A stretch of DNA of 59,336 bases, filler included, from Bipalium vagum (Eukaryota), in the NCBI GenBank assembly GCA_037834085.1. It is 3 parts of 3 records of this genome, joined end to end, with 100 filler letters (N's around TTAATTAATTAA, not from the genome) between each part and the next. Parts side by side here need not be neighbours in the genome. Positions count along the whole stretch, not along the records: positions 33,862 to 59,336 come from JBBMKC010193943.1; 2 more parts are not named here. One strand, given 5' to 3'. Shown piece after piece: positions 38,135 to 52,009 of this stretch. The first letter of the stretch is position 1, and every line of letters starts with the position of its first letter. The notes below the pieces were generated by a model. It was given only the letters and a program-made list of their open reading frames with translations. It had not been told where the DNA came from and did not search any database. Made by a program: the position numbers and the translations under genes.

Positions 38135-39072
38135 ACTGTATCCATTCAATTCTAGAATAATTTTTTGCTTATTTTATTTACTTTGATCGATTTTTCTATT
38201 TTTATAGTACATTTAAAAAATATTTTTGTAATTTTATGACTTTGTTAAAAATTTGTTAACTTTTCAAAAATATACAAAAGATTTTAATTATTGTGAAAGG
38301 TTTTCAATGATGTAAAATTTAACCTTAGTTTTCTGAAGAAGAATACGTATTGAAAGATTATTTTTCGGATCATTGTAAAATATTTTTTAATTATTTTTTA
38401 AAATTTAACATTTCTTCTGTTATGTGTTTGTAATCTCTTATTATTAGATTAGAGAGTGAAATGTAATCAGATAAATTAAAATTAATTTCTTTAAATCAGA
38501 TTATAAATGTTAAATTAATTAAAAACAAATTCTTCTGCGAATGATTATTCTTCGTGATTTTGATTAGGTATTATTTTTATATATTAATTAATACGAAATT
38601 CTGTTTAGTTAAATCAAATGATATTAAATTAAATAAATATAAATTAATAATTATAAATATCATGGTACACCGACTTAAAGATTTTAGGAGATATACAATG
38701 AACTACTTATTATGGGAATTAAAAAAATATATTTCTCTTACATTATAATATATAATATTAAAAATAAAAATAAAAAATAATTTCAAATTATTTAAAAAAT
38801 AATAGTTAAATATTCTAAGACTTTTATTTACGGAAATCTTTTACATAAACCTCTGCCAAAATTCTCTTAAAAATTAATTTCCATAAATTTTATAATATGC
38901 ATGCAATATAAGAGTGAAAAAATATAAACTTTTTTAAAATTTTGTTCCTTTAATTATTATGAATTTTCTTTTAATAGATTTGTGAAAATATATATTATAG
39001 TTATTATCTGGAACAGATATGACTAAGAATTATAAAATTATTATTATTATATATATGTAAATTTGTATTATA

Positions 39073-40033
39073 GTGGGTTGTGGAATGTTAAATGAAGTTC
39101 TTGTTTGAATAGATTATTTTGAAGCGATCGGAATAGATGGAAATACGAAGGAGCTATATTTGGCAAGTTCGATGGCTGTTACATTGCTTCCCAACCGAGG
39201 TCCTTTTTATCTGATTTATAGACAAGATAGTATATGGTTTAGCGTTGTTCTATTGAAAGATAACATCGCATTTTTAAATTTTTCATGTTGCTCGCAATAT
39301 CTCTTTGCATTGATAATCTGATCACTTGGACGGAATGTATCTAATGCATAACATCATCTTGTTGGATGAAAATTTAGTTTTATAGTATCGTTTGTTAGCT
39401 TACGTGGACCTCATCATGACCACCGATGTTTAATGTCGCAGACAACAAATTTTTCGTTCCTAGTTATCAGGAGCTTCAGAAATGGTTCCAATGAAGTCAA
39501 TTTTAAAAGATACTCACAGACCGCAATTCGATGAGAAATGCTCTTTTCTGACAATTTATGTTGAACCTAAATTTCCATTATTTTTATCATATCAACATTT
39601 TTTAGTCTCTTCGCAACTGTAGAGTGTTTCATTCTCAAGCTCAGAGCTATTACTCGTTCTAAGATATGCTAGTCTCCTTTGATTGCGGCGAAGATGCTGT
39701 TGTTATTAGTGATGATAAGGTTACCTTTTTGAGCACTTAGAGTGTGAAATTCGCAGAATGGAACTACCTATGGCAGACTCAAAGTATATACTGCATTTTA
39801 ACGTCGCGCTTCTGTCGTATTTACCTTTTTAAAATAAAAAAGTAAAAAAATGCATTGAGCGCCGGTTTAGATATTTAATTTGATTTGTTTTATTCATTCT
39901 GTAATTACAAATATTATAGACAATTTTTTATACAACTAAATTGGCGTAAAACGAGTCCGGATATTATTTAATCGATTTGGCATTAGTAATTATTTGAAAC
40001 TGAAAATAATGCAGAACTTATTCCACAACGTAA
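39073..40033 (-). mobile_element. mariner element remnant
   Basis: TIR core GTTGTGGAAT at both ends. Minus-strand *VQHKLSEK, LITRNEK and PNIAPSYFHLFRSLQN. Confidence 0.85.
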
Positions 40034-41299
40034 TATTAAAATTATTAATTAAATATTTTTTAAAATTCTGACGTCTGAAAAAATTTTATGAGATTCAAAA
40101 ATCTTAAGTTATTAAAAATAAAATGATAATAATAATAAATAATATGATATTTTAATAAAAGTAGTATAATAATAATGTATAAAAGTCTGAGTCTTTATTA
40201 AAATGTATATAAATATTTTTCAATCTTATATCAATAATGTTAAAAATATTTAATAATAACTTAAGAAATTGATCAAAAAATAAATTCGGAGATGAACAAT
40301 CTTTTTCCATTGACTTTCCCCAAGACAAAATTGATCTGACATTTTTATGTTTCGGACCCATAACATTTGATTGAATTTCCAAATTAATCTAAAGCTGAAC
40401 TTGATTCTTGCAAATTTGTAAATTTATAAATTCCGATTTTATTTTTCCCAATTTACTAATGTTACTTTTAACTTTAGAAATTGTTTTTGACAGCCCAAAA
40501 AGTTTGTTATAATTTATTTATAACAAAATACTTTGTTTTATTTTTGTTTTAATTTGTGGAATTTATAATATAATTATAAGAGAAACAAATGAAAATAATT
40601 GAATAATTTTTGTTTTAATCATATTCAATAAGTATTAAAAATGGAAAATTAATAATTTGTTGAGAAATATTAAAATAATTTTCAGAAATGAAATTTTTTC
40701 ATATGAATTTAACTATCAAATATTAATACTTATATTTTAAAAAACAAAAGTAAATTTATTTTATTTTTAATTTTAGTTGAAAAAAATTAAAGCTTGAGCA
40801 ACTTAATTTCTCTACGTTTTTCACCCTATATTTATGTATTAAAGAATAAATAATAACGAACTCTACTTTTGTCATTACGAACTGAAATAATTCGTAACGG
40901 AAATAGCTATGGGCAAAAAGATCTCAAATTCCCACACTAGTCGCAAATATCCCACTAATTCTACATCAAATTATCCTATTATTACTGTCTATCATTAAGG
41001 AGAAAAACTTTTATTTGGTTCAGTACGATTAAAACATCTTTCGAAATATACAAGTTGTTGAGATTTTCACAAAGGAACATAAAATCTTTTAATTATTATC
41101 TATTATCAAATTTTGCTACTTCAAAATTATTCCGATATATCTTATGCTATTAAGTGAATAAGTATTAATTTATGTGTGGAAATTTTTTTTCCATGAAATA
41201 TTTTTATTCAAACAAAGATTTTATTATTTTTTATAGTATTTGCAATTAAAATAATAATAATCTGGAATTATTTTATTATTTTATTTCAGTTATTATTAA

Positions 41300-41660
41300 T
41301 TTATATCAGTCACAAATGAAATTTTGCTTCTTCCACAAAAAAGAAAAATTTTCCTTCACCGAATTATTACGGGTGAGGAGAAGTAGATTTCTTTCAAAAA
41401 CCCTAAATGCAGATAAAAAAAATTGCAATCAAACCCAAGGGCAACATTCATAGGAAAAAGACTCTCCTAAGCATCTGGTAGCACCAAAAGGGTGAGTTGC
41501 TGAAGCAAGGTGAAACTGTTACTGAAAACAACAAATACGTTTCAGCCTGGCATTTCACGAGAAAAGACCAGAATATGAGAATAAGCAGCATAAAGTAACT
41601 TTGCTACATGACTATACCTGGCTACACGTCAATAAACGATTCCAGGAAACGTTGACCATT
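41300..41660 (+). mobile_element. mariner internal fragment
   Basis: FLHRIITGEEK, ELLKQGETVT and KVTLLHD. Confidence 0.8.
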
Positions 41661-42975
41661 ACCAAATTTGATCTAAATGTTTTAAAACAAAAACAATTTT
41701 TATATATATTTACAACTGGTAAAATTTTTCATAAAGAAACTAAAGTAAAATGAGCCTAAATCAAAGGAAAGGGTCCATTAAATCAATGATTAACTCTTTA
41801 ATTTAATTATAAAACGAAAAAATATTATTTTCACTTTATAAGTTGAATAATTATTTGTTAAATTTCTTTATAATTTGTGGAAGAATATATTACCTTTATA
41901 TTTTATATATAACTTGCTTATTATAATATAAGAATATATTGGAAAAAATAAAACAGAAAAATCAAAATACAAAATCCTAAATGTTACAGGTGATGTTATC
42001 AAAAAAAATTACAGAAATATGAATTAAAATAAAATAAACATTGATTATGTTATCATGTTTTGGTTTGGTATAAATCTGGTTAAAAAAATATTAAAAATTA
42101 TCCAATCAATATCTTTATACTTTAAAATATTATTTAATAAAACGATGAAGAAATTTTTGATAAATCTTAAGTAAAAAAAATCAAGAAAGCGAAATAAAAC
42201 GACGTTTTAATTGAGTGAAGTATTGGGTTTTGTGGCTTGGATGGTGGCCTGGTCTGTGTACGAGTATTTATACACGTATTTACTTATTATTCAAGTATGA
42301 TGATGGAATATGAAATACGAAAGGGGACTACAGCTCCAGGAAATGAAAATAAAGTCTCATCAAATTTTGATATCAGGCTTAATCGAATTGATTAATCTGG
42401 AATTTCAGTACCCTGAATATCCCTGGTCTGATTTCAATAGTGATATTTTCACTTCATTCCTGATTTAATGAGAGCGATTGATGGGAAAAGACAACTTTTC
42501 CTGGCTTGAGATAGATGCTTAGATTTGATACATTTTGACATTTTCCTGAATACCGACTAAATTGTAACACTCGGCCACGAAGGACAAAAGCCTCTCTTGT
42601 AAGAAATTATTAGCAACAAAGTATTTTTAACTACCATTAAATAAATAATTCAATAATATCATAAAATATTCTATATTTTTTATTAAAAAGAATCTCCAGT
42701 TTTTGGAAATAAATATTTATGAATATATATTTTAAGTATCGATATTAAAAACTAATAACAATATTTCAACATTTAATTTTTTTGTCAAACTATTGATATT
42801 ATATTAAAATTTATGTGAATTTGTTTTAATAGATTTATTTATTAATATCACAACATAATTTGAATGGAAAGCAATTAGTTTTTAATCAGTAAAACATTAG
42901 TAATAAAATAAAGGTGAGAAAATAATTTGATTAATTAATTTAAAAATGTAAGAATAAGAAATATGGAAATTATTA

Positions 42976-42977
<2 letters not shown>

Positions 42978-43034
<57 letters not shown>
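42978..43034. repeat. (TTA)n microsatellite
   Basis: About 19 tandem TTA units. Confidence 0.95.
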
Positions 43035-43040
<6 letters not shown>

Positions 43041-43373
43041 TAGAATGATTATATAAAAAAATAATTAAATTATTTATTGATTTAATAATAAAATAAAAAT
43101 CCAATAAATGTTAATTTGGAATATTTTTCGAATAAAAATTGATAAAAAAAAAGAATATTAAATGATACTTTGTTAATTATTATAATAACCTATTATTTAA
43201 TATAAATACATTTCTTCAGCTTATATCAATTAACAAAGATCTTTTTTCTTAATGTGAACTTCTTAACCCTTAATATTATAAAAATTTTACTTTAATAAAC
43301 TCATCTTCTGATTTCATATTTTATTACTTTAATGTAAAAATTTTCAACTAATTTTTTATAAAAACATTTACTA

Positions 43374-43890
43374 TTATGAAGGTAACAACTATGACTCCGG
43401 CTTTTTTAATAAAACAAAGACATTTATTACAAATTTTATTTAAAAACATATATTGAAAATATGTTCCATTGGAAGCTCAACCTTTCAGGTACCGAATGAA
43501 TTCCACGAAAGAAAAACACTGGCTCTTTTGATGAAATCCAGCAGTCAATCCGATTTTTGAGGTTTCAAGGGAACTGAACCGCTTTCCGGAAAGTGCTGAT
43601 TGCAAAGAGCGGAACAAATGATAATCTGAAGGAGCGATATCTGGTGAATAGGGCGGTGAGGTAAGACATCCCACTTTGTACCTTCTAAGTAATTATTTAC
43701 AACTGAATTAACGTGTGGTCTTGCGTTATCATGTTGTAAAATTATCTTTTCGTGTTTAGTCACCTATTCCGGTAGTTTTTCATTCAAAGCTTGCTTCAAA
43801 CGAATTAATTGTGATCGATAAAGTTCACCAGTTAGTGTTTGAGAAGATTTTAAAAATTCATACTAGATCACTCCTTTCTGATCCCAGTTT
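43374..43890 (-). mobile_element. mariner 3' half
   Basis: ILQHDNARPHV, WDVLPH and PPYSPDIAPSDYHLFRSLQ in two frameshifted ORFs (43477-43763). Confidence 0.92.
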
Positions 43891-44801
43891 TTCAATTCAG
43901 GCCTACAAAATGATATAAAAGTGGATTCTAAAAGATAATATATCACCGAGTCTTATCTTTCAAGACGTTGGATTTCATTTTCGTTTGTGAATTTTTTCTT
44001 GTAAAATCAAAATTATCTTTTTGAAACTTTTTAACAAAAATATCACTTTTATGGGAAAGTATAATGAATATAAGCTTCATTATTAAAAATTAATGAATTA
44101 AATAAAATAATTAATTAATTAAAAATTAAATAAGTTATTATTTAATTATTATTTATAGGTTATAAAAATATTTATCAATTATTTAACTAATAAATTGAAA
44201 TTATTCAAATAATTTTGGGAATATTAAAAAATTATTTTAAAAATTCAATTAATTTATTTTTTCTAAAGATATTAATTATTATTCAGAAATATAATATTAA
44301 TTACAAGATAATTTTTATCAATTTTGAGAATCGGAAAATTTTTTCTAAAATTTTTTTAATTTTCATCAATGTCATTCATATAAGATTTTATAAATTCATA
44401 TATGCACATGCGTACATATTTGTTTGTTAGTTTTTATTATCTTATTTTTATTATTATACTATTTTAAAATGATTTAAAATAATTTCTTCAAATTATCTTT
44501 TTGCTTAAAAATATGATTTTAAAAAATCGTAGAAATTCATACTAAAATATATTTAATCCAAAATATAAAATTATTGTCCACCACAAAATTATTTATATTG
44601 ATCTATAAAAATATTACGAAAATATTTATATTTTTAAAGAATCAATAATTCTGGAATTATATTGATTAAAATGTTAAAATTAATTAATTTTATTTTCAAT
44701 ATTTCCAGCGAGTGGTGGAATGGTGGATTTTAGCTGAATTAAATATCACTTTATATTATTAAAATTCATAATATTTCAGATATGGTTGAGATATAAGGTG
44801 G

Positions 44802-47800
44802 ATGGACGCCACATTTGTTTGGAAATTGGGAAAATTAGGTCGTCTAGGATCAAACAGGTTGAGATACGACGATGATTTTGTTGACAGACTGAATTATCAA
44901 TTTAGTGGAGTTATTCTCTTTCTGTTTATAGGCCTCACCAGTATACGACAATACATGGGTAAATAATTGTAACACATTTATATGTAAAAATGAAATATAA
45001 TGTATTTAATAATTCACAATAATTAAAAAGAATTTTCTGAAGCTGAAGCAGAATGAATTATTTACACTTTCCACACCTAATGAAAGTAGACATTTAAGTA
45101 CATATTGCAATTGTATAAAGGAATTTTATTATAAAAATGATTATTGTTTGTGTTAAGAAATTAAAGTGATAATTACGTCATTTTTTTTTCGATTTTCTTT
45201 GTTTCCGTCATTTAATATATATGGTATCTATTTTCTTTTTTTTAATCTTCCACATTGTTCGTAATCGAGTTTCATGTTCGATGATAAGTAAGACATATAC
45301 AAGTTTTTGTTGAATTCATGAATCGTCTTCATCCATTAATGTGTTTTGAACATTAAAATTTTCACAGAAAAATTAAAACATGCAGCAAATGATATTTATT
45401 TGCTAAAGTACTTGAAATTAAGATTCATTTATTGACAAGAGTACCATGGTATATCATGTTACACTTACTTGTAATATTTTAAATTAAAACGCGAGAAAAT
45501 TTTATATTAGGTTGTTGAATTGAATATGTTTTTAAAAGTAATTCTGTTTTTTATGGCTTATAATACTAATTATTGGCTTTTGTTTTAATATTCATTTTAA
45601 GGCAAATTTCTGGCGAATCTTTTGATGTCATTATGATGTCATTATATGATTTCATTATTTAATTGATTTTTTAATGTAATAAACATTTTAAATATGATTG
45701 AGCAAAAAGTCGTAAATGGATGTGTCTCCTATACAACTATACGCAGGGAGAAAATGAAAAGAATCTAATGGTATCCTATGTCAAGTATTTATGAAGAATG
45801 TTGCAATCTCAATTCGGTACCAGCCTTGAAAATGTCATGAAGTCGTTGATAATGAGAAAATGAAGGCAGCCATTGATTTGAACCATACGCAAACTGGTTA
45901 TTAACTTGTGAAGAGAATTCGCTGTCATTATACCACAGTATTTTGACCTAAAATTTAATTTGAAAAGAAAAACCGGTCCAAAAATTTGTGCCGCATCAGC
46001 TCAGCGATGCAAACAAAGCCTCACCAGTCACCATAGCCTGATTTCTTCTGAGCAGTGGCAAAAGCATCGGGTTTTTTCTAATCAATAGTTACATCGGATG
46101 AAAAGTAAGTCTCATATAATAACACAACCAAAAAGTGACAGTGGCTGAGTCAAGGTGAGCCCCGAATAATAATAAAAAGAACCAGCGGATTTAAGTATTT
46201 TGAGGTATGAATAAAATAATAAAAAATTCCTCCATAACAACACTGAGTTCCACATTTCAAAATTCATCCAGCAAAATATCGAGGAATTGGACTGGATGTT
46301 TTGCCTCACCCACCACATAACCCAGACCTTGATGCATTGGGTTTCCTACTTTTTCAAGTCACAACCATCAGAATTCTTCGAAAAAATGTACCTATTCATT
46401 ACGCAGATTTTGGCGACAGATAATTGATTTACTGATGAAGAATACCTATTCACATTAATCTTCTTTAGTAATAATTGTTTTTCTTAAGGAAAAACAACAG
46501 CAAAAAACAAAAATTTATTTTAATAAATGGAAATATTATTAATTAGATAGTCATTTTCAACTTGCAAATATTATTAATAAATTTTATAAAATTAATAAAT
46601 ATTATTAAATGATGTATATAACATAAAAAGTAATACGAATAGGAAAACCAATCCAATGTTGGATACCTCAAGAATTTACCAGAGGCTGGGAAGAATATGC
46701 AGAAAATTATTGTTGGGTAGCAAATACGTATTTTGCTTCAGTTCGAGAACAGCTTCCTCATAAAATATGGCGCAAAGAAAAATTGATAGGCTATTATCAA
46801 TGGGCTCCCATTTTTATGGCACTTCAGGCATTAATGTTTTATATTCCATGTTTATTGTGGCGTGGATTTAATCATAAATCTGGTTATAATGTCCGTAGAC
46901 TTATTCAAATGGCCTCCAGTGATCCTAATGTTATTTTATCAAATTTTAATTGTCCTTACAAATCTGAAATGTCCTCTAATTCTGCTTGTAGATTTATGGG
47001 GCGTTATATATCTAACTGCATACTAAGACGTCAATATCAGTCCAGAAAGTTGCTCAAGTCGGGTCACTCGTGTAAAAAGACTAACAATGAAAGTCTTCTA
47101 TTTTCTATATCTGATCCCTGTCAAAGTCAGTGTTGTTTTACTCAACATTGTTGCAGTCGAAAAAATGGAAATTATCTTACTGCTCTCTATATAACAGTTA
47201 AATTTCTCTATCTCATCAATGCTATCTTGCAATTGTATATCATGGAGCTCTTCATCGGCACATCTTACAGCTTTTATGGAATAAGATTACTGATAGATTT
47301 AACCAAAGGTCAACAGTGGTACAATTCAGGGCATTTTCCAAGGGTTACATTTTGTGATCTAGAAGCCAAAAAACTTGGAAAGAATAATTTGTTAGTCATT
47401 TTTATATTTTAATAATCTTTTATCAATATTTTTACAAAAAAAATATTTGTTATGTTGCAATTTATGTATTAAAATCCTTTTTCAGAATCAAAAACTTTTA
47501 TTAATCCACGTTATGACCAATACTATCAATGACCTTTTCTATTGTGATCTTGAAAAAGATAAAAGTTAGATTTGACATACAGTGCGGTATAAAAAATTAG
47601 AAACCCAATAAAAATTTTGCAAAATAGTAAATATAAGATATATTAAAGTGAAATAAGTATTTAGAACTATAATACATACTGCAGTACATATTATAGACTT
47701 TGTGTACTCTAAATTTAAATAATGAATAGAAAATAAACTAATTTCGACTTACCTATGCACATTATAATAGTCCTAATACTAATTAAAAGATTTCTAATTT

Positions 47801-50800
47801 TTTAACACCCCTTCAACATGATTTACTATGTCATTAAGTATGACATGCACTACTTTGTATGGTCATTTTAAAATCTAATTCCAAAAATCAAGTCATCTAT
47901 TTTAGATCAACATATGATTTGTAATTTACAGTTTATAGATAATGGAAAATTCAAAATTCGTATGGTAATGGAATACGAGTTCGATTGAAATTCCATGATA
48001 GCTCAGACCGTCCGGAACATAAAGGATGTCTTCGGTGAAGATGCCCCTACTCAAAGCACCATCAGCCGTTGATTTGAAAAAAATTCAGATCTGGAGATTT
48101 TTCCTTGGAAACCATCCCCGAGGAAGACCTGAAACATGAATTTGCAATGATTAATTTAATTTTGTAGTGGAAAAGACCCGATCCAAACTACCAGAGATTT
48201 AGCAACAAGATGTTTTGTCTAAAATCCATGCATTTCATACTTTATAGCTTAATACATTATATAAACAAATTATTTAAATATAAATGTTTAAAATTTTGAG
48301 GTTTTTCCAGTGAGCATGTATAAAATAGTTGAAAGTCGGGAAAAGGTGGTATTTTTTTTAATACAATTTAATTATTTTTAAAATTTCACTAGTAACTGAC
48401 TTATCTAATAAACTAAATAAATAATATGCGGATATTATCATATTTGGACAACATAATGAATGTTACACTTAACATATGCTGACTAAGCTACAATATCTTT
48501 AGAAGCTTGGCCAATGAATTTCTTACCTGGTATTTTTACTTGAAATATAATACACTTTTAGGTGGTCAAAATATAGCACTTGTATATTGTTCATTTACAT
48601 CCTCTTGCAAAAGTCAACAGAAAAACGTAGTGACATCATTACATTAAGAAAAATTTGATAAACTGTTTTTCGCATTGCAAAAGAGACGATAATATCCAAA
48701 GATTCTGTACAGAGGACAGTCGAAAGATATTCATCTACAAGTAGTCTTAAATCAAGAGGAACATGAGGTTGACCAAAAATAATTTCTGCAGTATACAGAA
48801 ATATCATATTGATAAGTAAACGAAATATGAAGCTAACAGCTCCAAAACTTGCATCGTATTTGAATAGAAACTAATCCATTACAGTTGGTGTTGATACTGT
48901 TAAACGCCAATTGTTTCGGCTATTTAGGCGTGTGCAGTTAAAAGAGCACTATTAAAGGAAAATTAGAGACATAGACTTATATGGGTTTGTGAAAACCAAA
49001 ACTGACCATTGAAACAATAAAAATTTTAGATTTTGAAAACAAAAGAAAAACAAACTTGAAACCGAATGATGTATCAATGCATGTTGTCAACATAGATGGG
49101 ATCAGTAATGGTATGGGTTTGTTTTTCAACAAATAAAGTTGAAAATTTGATCAGAATCAATGGAATACTAAAATAAAAGCAATATAAAAGTATTTTAATT
49201 CATCACGATGCTCCAAGTTTACTGGGTTTAATTGATCAAAATGTTATTTCCCAACAAGGCAATGATCCTAAACACACATTAAGACCGTGTAAAACCTATT
49301 TGAATCAAAAAGAACATGAAAAGTTTTTTGTGAGTCAGCCCTATCCCTTGAAATTAGAGAAAAAATTTGGAGGAACTTAAAAGAAAATTCAACATCAGAA
49401 TCTCAATTGTGAGATCTATTACAGATAGCCTGGAACAAAATCGAATCGATTAAATTGAATAAGCTACAGGACAAAATGCTACTCATGTGTTCAGAGATCA
49501 TGAAAAAAAAATCCATAACACTAATAATATGTCATACGAACATGATTCTTCAGTTTTATTATTGCTCTTTATAAAAAGAACTTATCATCATCATTGACTT
49601 TTCTATTATATTAATTCTAAAAAAGGAAACATGCTGTTAACCATTGGTATTTTTATTACGTTACTTAGTTCTTAGGATAATTATGGATGAAAAAAACTTG
49701 AAATCTTTTTTTCTTTCTATTGGGTTGTTTGGAAAATAATTGTGTATTTTTATTTTGTACTAAACATATATTTTAACATATTACTTATTGACCGTTTTGG
49801 TCCAACACCCTTTGCCATCTTTTGGTGTGTTTCAGAATTCCACGTTCAGAGAAGGTTGCATCTTTACTCGCGAAAAACTGATCCAAGTGATTTTTGACCT
49901 CCTCATTTGAACTGAAACTTTTACCATCTAAATATTTTGATAGAACATCATTTCCAAAAACGTCTATCTTTTTTTTTCCTTGCTTCATTTGCATTTTTAC
50001 CTTTTCGTAAATAAAAAAGTAATAATTTTTTCAAATGTGTAACCTAGAAAAATATATGAAATATATTTAAATAAAATTAAAAATATATCATACTATACAT
50101 ATCGTTTATTAAAATTTATAATGCGGTAATAATTTTAAAAATATTTTTATTACCTTAAAATATGAAAATATATACTTTCGAAAACCCAATTACTTTTCGA
50201 ACAACCTAATAATTAAATTTTGTGAAAACATAGTGTTTTTATTATATTTGCAATGAGTTATAATTATAAATAATGAAATGATTTTTATATATTTTTATAA
50301 ATATACTGAATATTCATTAAAAATAATATCAAGATGGATACTAATCTGTAAATATTAAGCAAATTAACTAAAATTATATTAAAAGAAATTATATTTAGGT
50401 ATACTTTACAATGCGTTCTACCTATGAATATGTTTTTGGAGAAGATATTTATATTTTTATGGTTTTGGCATGTATTACTGGGGATAATAAATTTTATGAG
50501 TATTCTTTCATGGTCCAGTCAAATATTATCTTTAAAAAAACGGATCAGATTTATCAGAAAACAATTACGAATTAGTGGAGTACTGAAAGAAACCGATCTC
50601 AGCGCCAGCCGACAATTCGTACTTCATTACCTTAAACCTGATGTTGTCTTCATTTTAAGATTGATCGGTTCAAACATTGGAGAAATCATCGTGACTGATC
50701 TGACAACCGAACTCTGGTATATATATCAACGAACAAAATTAAATGATTGTGATGATTTTAAAAATACAGCTTTGATCATGAGATCCTCATTAGATTCAGA

Positions 50801-50897
50801 AATGAAAACATCTCGAACGCTTATCGCAAACAATACCTTGAGCAATAATACAATCGACAAGACAAGTATAAACAATAACCATGATGATGTTGTTTAA
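44802..50897 (+). CDS. Innexin (gap-junction protein), 3 exons, 467 aa
   Basis: Exons 44802-44958, 46643-47390 and 50399-50897, GT-AG and in phase. Signatures DDFVDRLNY, GKPIQCWIP...NYCW, YYQW, FPRVTFCD and QCVLPMNMFLEKIFIFLWFW; four TM segments. Confidence 0.96.
45507..46490 (+). mobile_element. Degraded mariner in innexin intron 1
   Basis: TA|TTAGGTTG terminus; KFVPHQLS, VTSDEK and WDVLPHPPHNPDL-like motifs. Confidence 0.8.
47580..47814. mobile_element. Putative Tc1-type MITE in innexin intron 2
   Basis: TA|CAGTGCGGTATAAAAAATTAGAAAC at the left and an imperfect inverted copy (GATTTCTAATTTTTTAACACCCCTTC) at the right. Confidence 0.45.
47826..48230 (+). mobile_element. mariner 5' fragment in innexin intron 2
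   Basis: MEYEF...RNIKDVFGEDAPTQSTISR*FEK.RSGDFSLE..PRGRPET. Confidence 0.85.
48590..49530 (+). mobile_element. Degraded Tc1-like transposase in innexin intron 2
   Basis: SVQRTVERY...LTAPKLA (HTH region), GSVMVWVCFS and QQGNDPKHT. Confidence 0.8.
49720..50209 (-). mobile_element. Internally deleted mariner (490 bp) with both TIRs
   Basis: TA|TTGGGTTGTTTGGAAAATAATTG and TA|TTAGGTTGTTCGAAAAGTAATTG. The ORF at 49785-49994 joins N-terminal DVFGNDVL to C-terminal LDGKSFSSNEEVK...RWQRVLDQNG. Confidence 0.9.
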
Positions 50898-52009
50898 TAC
50901 TCATTGGAAATATTAGCCAAGAATTGTATCTCCTATTTAACTAGATAAAATGTGAAATATATATAGAATTTTTTATTACTTTTATTTCATGTATTAATTG
51001 AAATTTAATTAAGATAATTCTTCCATCTTTCAATATCAACAGGAGGAATCTGTTATTCATTTTTGTTTATTTAGATATCAATTTCTTGAGATATCAAAAA
51101 ATATATCTAAATAAAAATAAAAAATAAATAATAATAATAATACTGATAATTATGTTATATTTCATTTTAAATTTACATTTTATAATATTTCCGTCATTTA
51201 CATAAAATATTGAAACATTTTATTTTAATTTCTAAATAATTTTTTTAATAATAATGTTTTAATAATAGTTTTTGATAAATAATCTTGATAATTATATTCT
51301 ATAAAATTCCATCGGTCTATTTTTGAAAATTATTCAGTTTAGTTATAAATTATTAAATTATAAATTTAGTTAATGAAATTAATAATAAAATTTTATTTGA
51401 ACAATGCTTTCAATGGAAAAACATAATAAATAATTACTATAATTATAATATATTATAAGTAAGTTTTGTATAACAAAAACATAAATAAAAATAAGTAAAT
51501 ATTCATAGATAAAAATGAATATATAATTATACAGAAAAATAATTATAAATAAAAAATGTAATTAAATATCTTCGGTGAACATAATTTTCTATAACTTTTG
51601 TATTTAATTTTTTTTCTATTTTTTTCATATTTTTCATAATTTGCACAAATTCTTTATCTTATGTAAAAATATCTTTAAATTTTAATTCTTCTTCGATTAT
51701 GCATTCAAAATTGCCATAAGAAAAAAAATTTCCAGGAATATTCTCCTACAATAGTGTTTATTTCATTATGATCACAAAAATATTTAGGTTCAGAATCATA
51801 TATACGGCATATTAATATATAATAATATATATAAATAACGGTATAATTAAAATTATGAATTTTAAATTTATGTAATCTTATATTTATTTGTTTTCTCATC
51901 ATTACAGTGTTTCTCAGGCCAATTTGAAAATGTTTCATTCAATTTTGAAATAAAATAAATAGATATCAAAAACCTTTATTTGTATTACAATTACGTTGCA
52001 ATTAATTTG

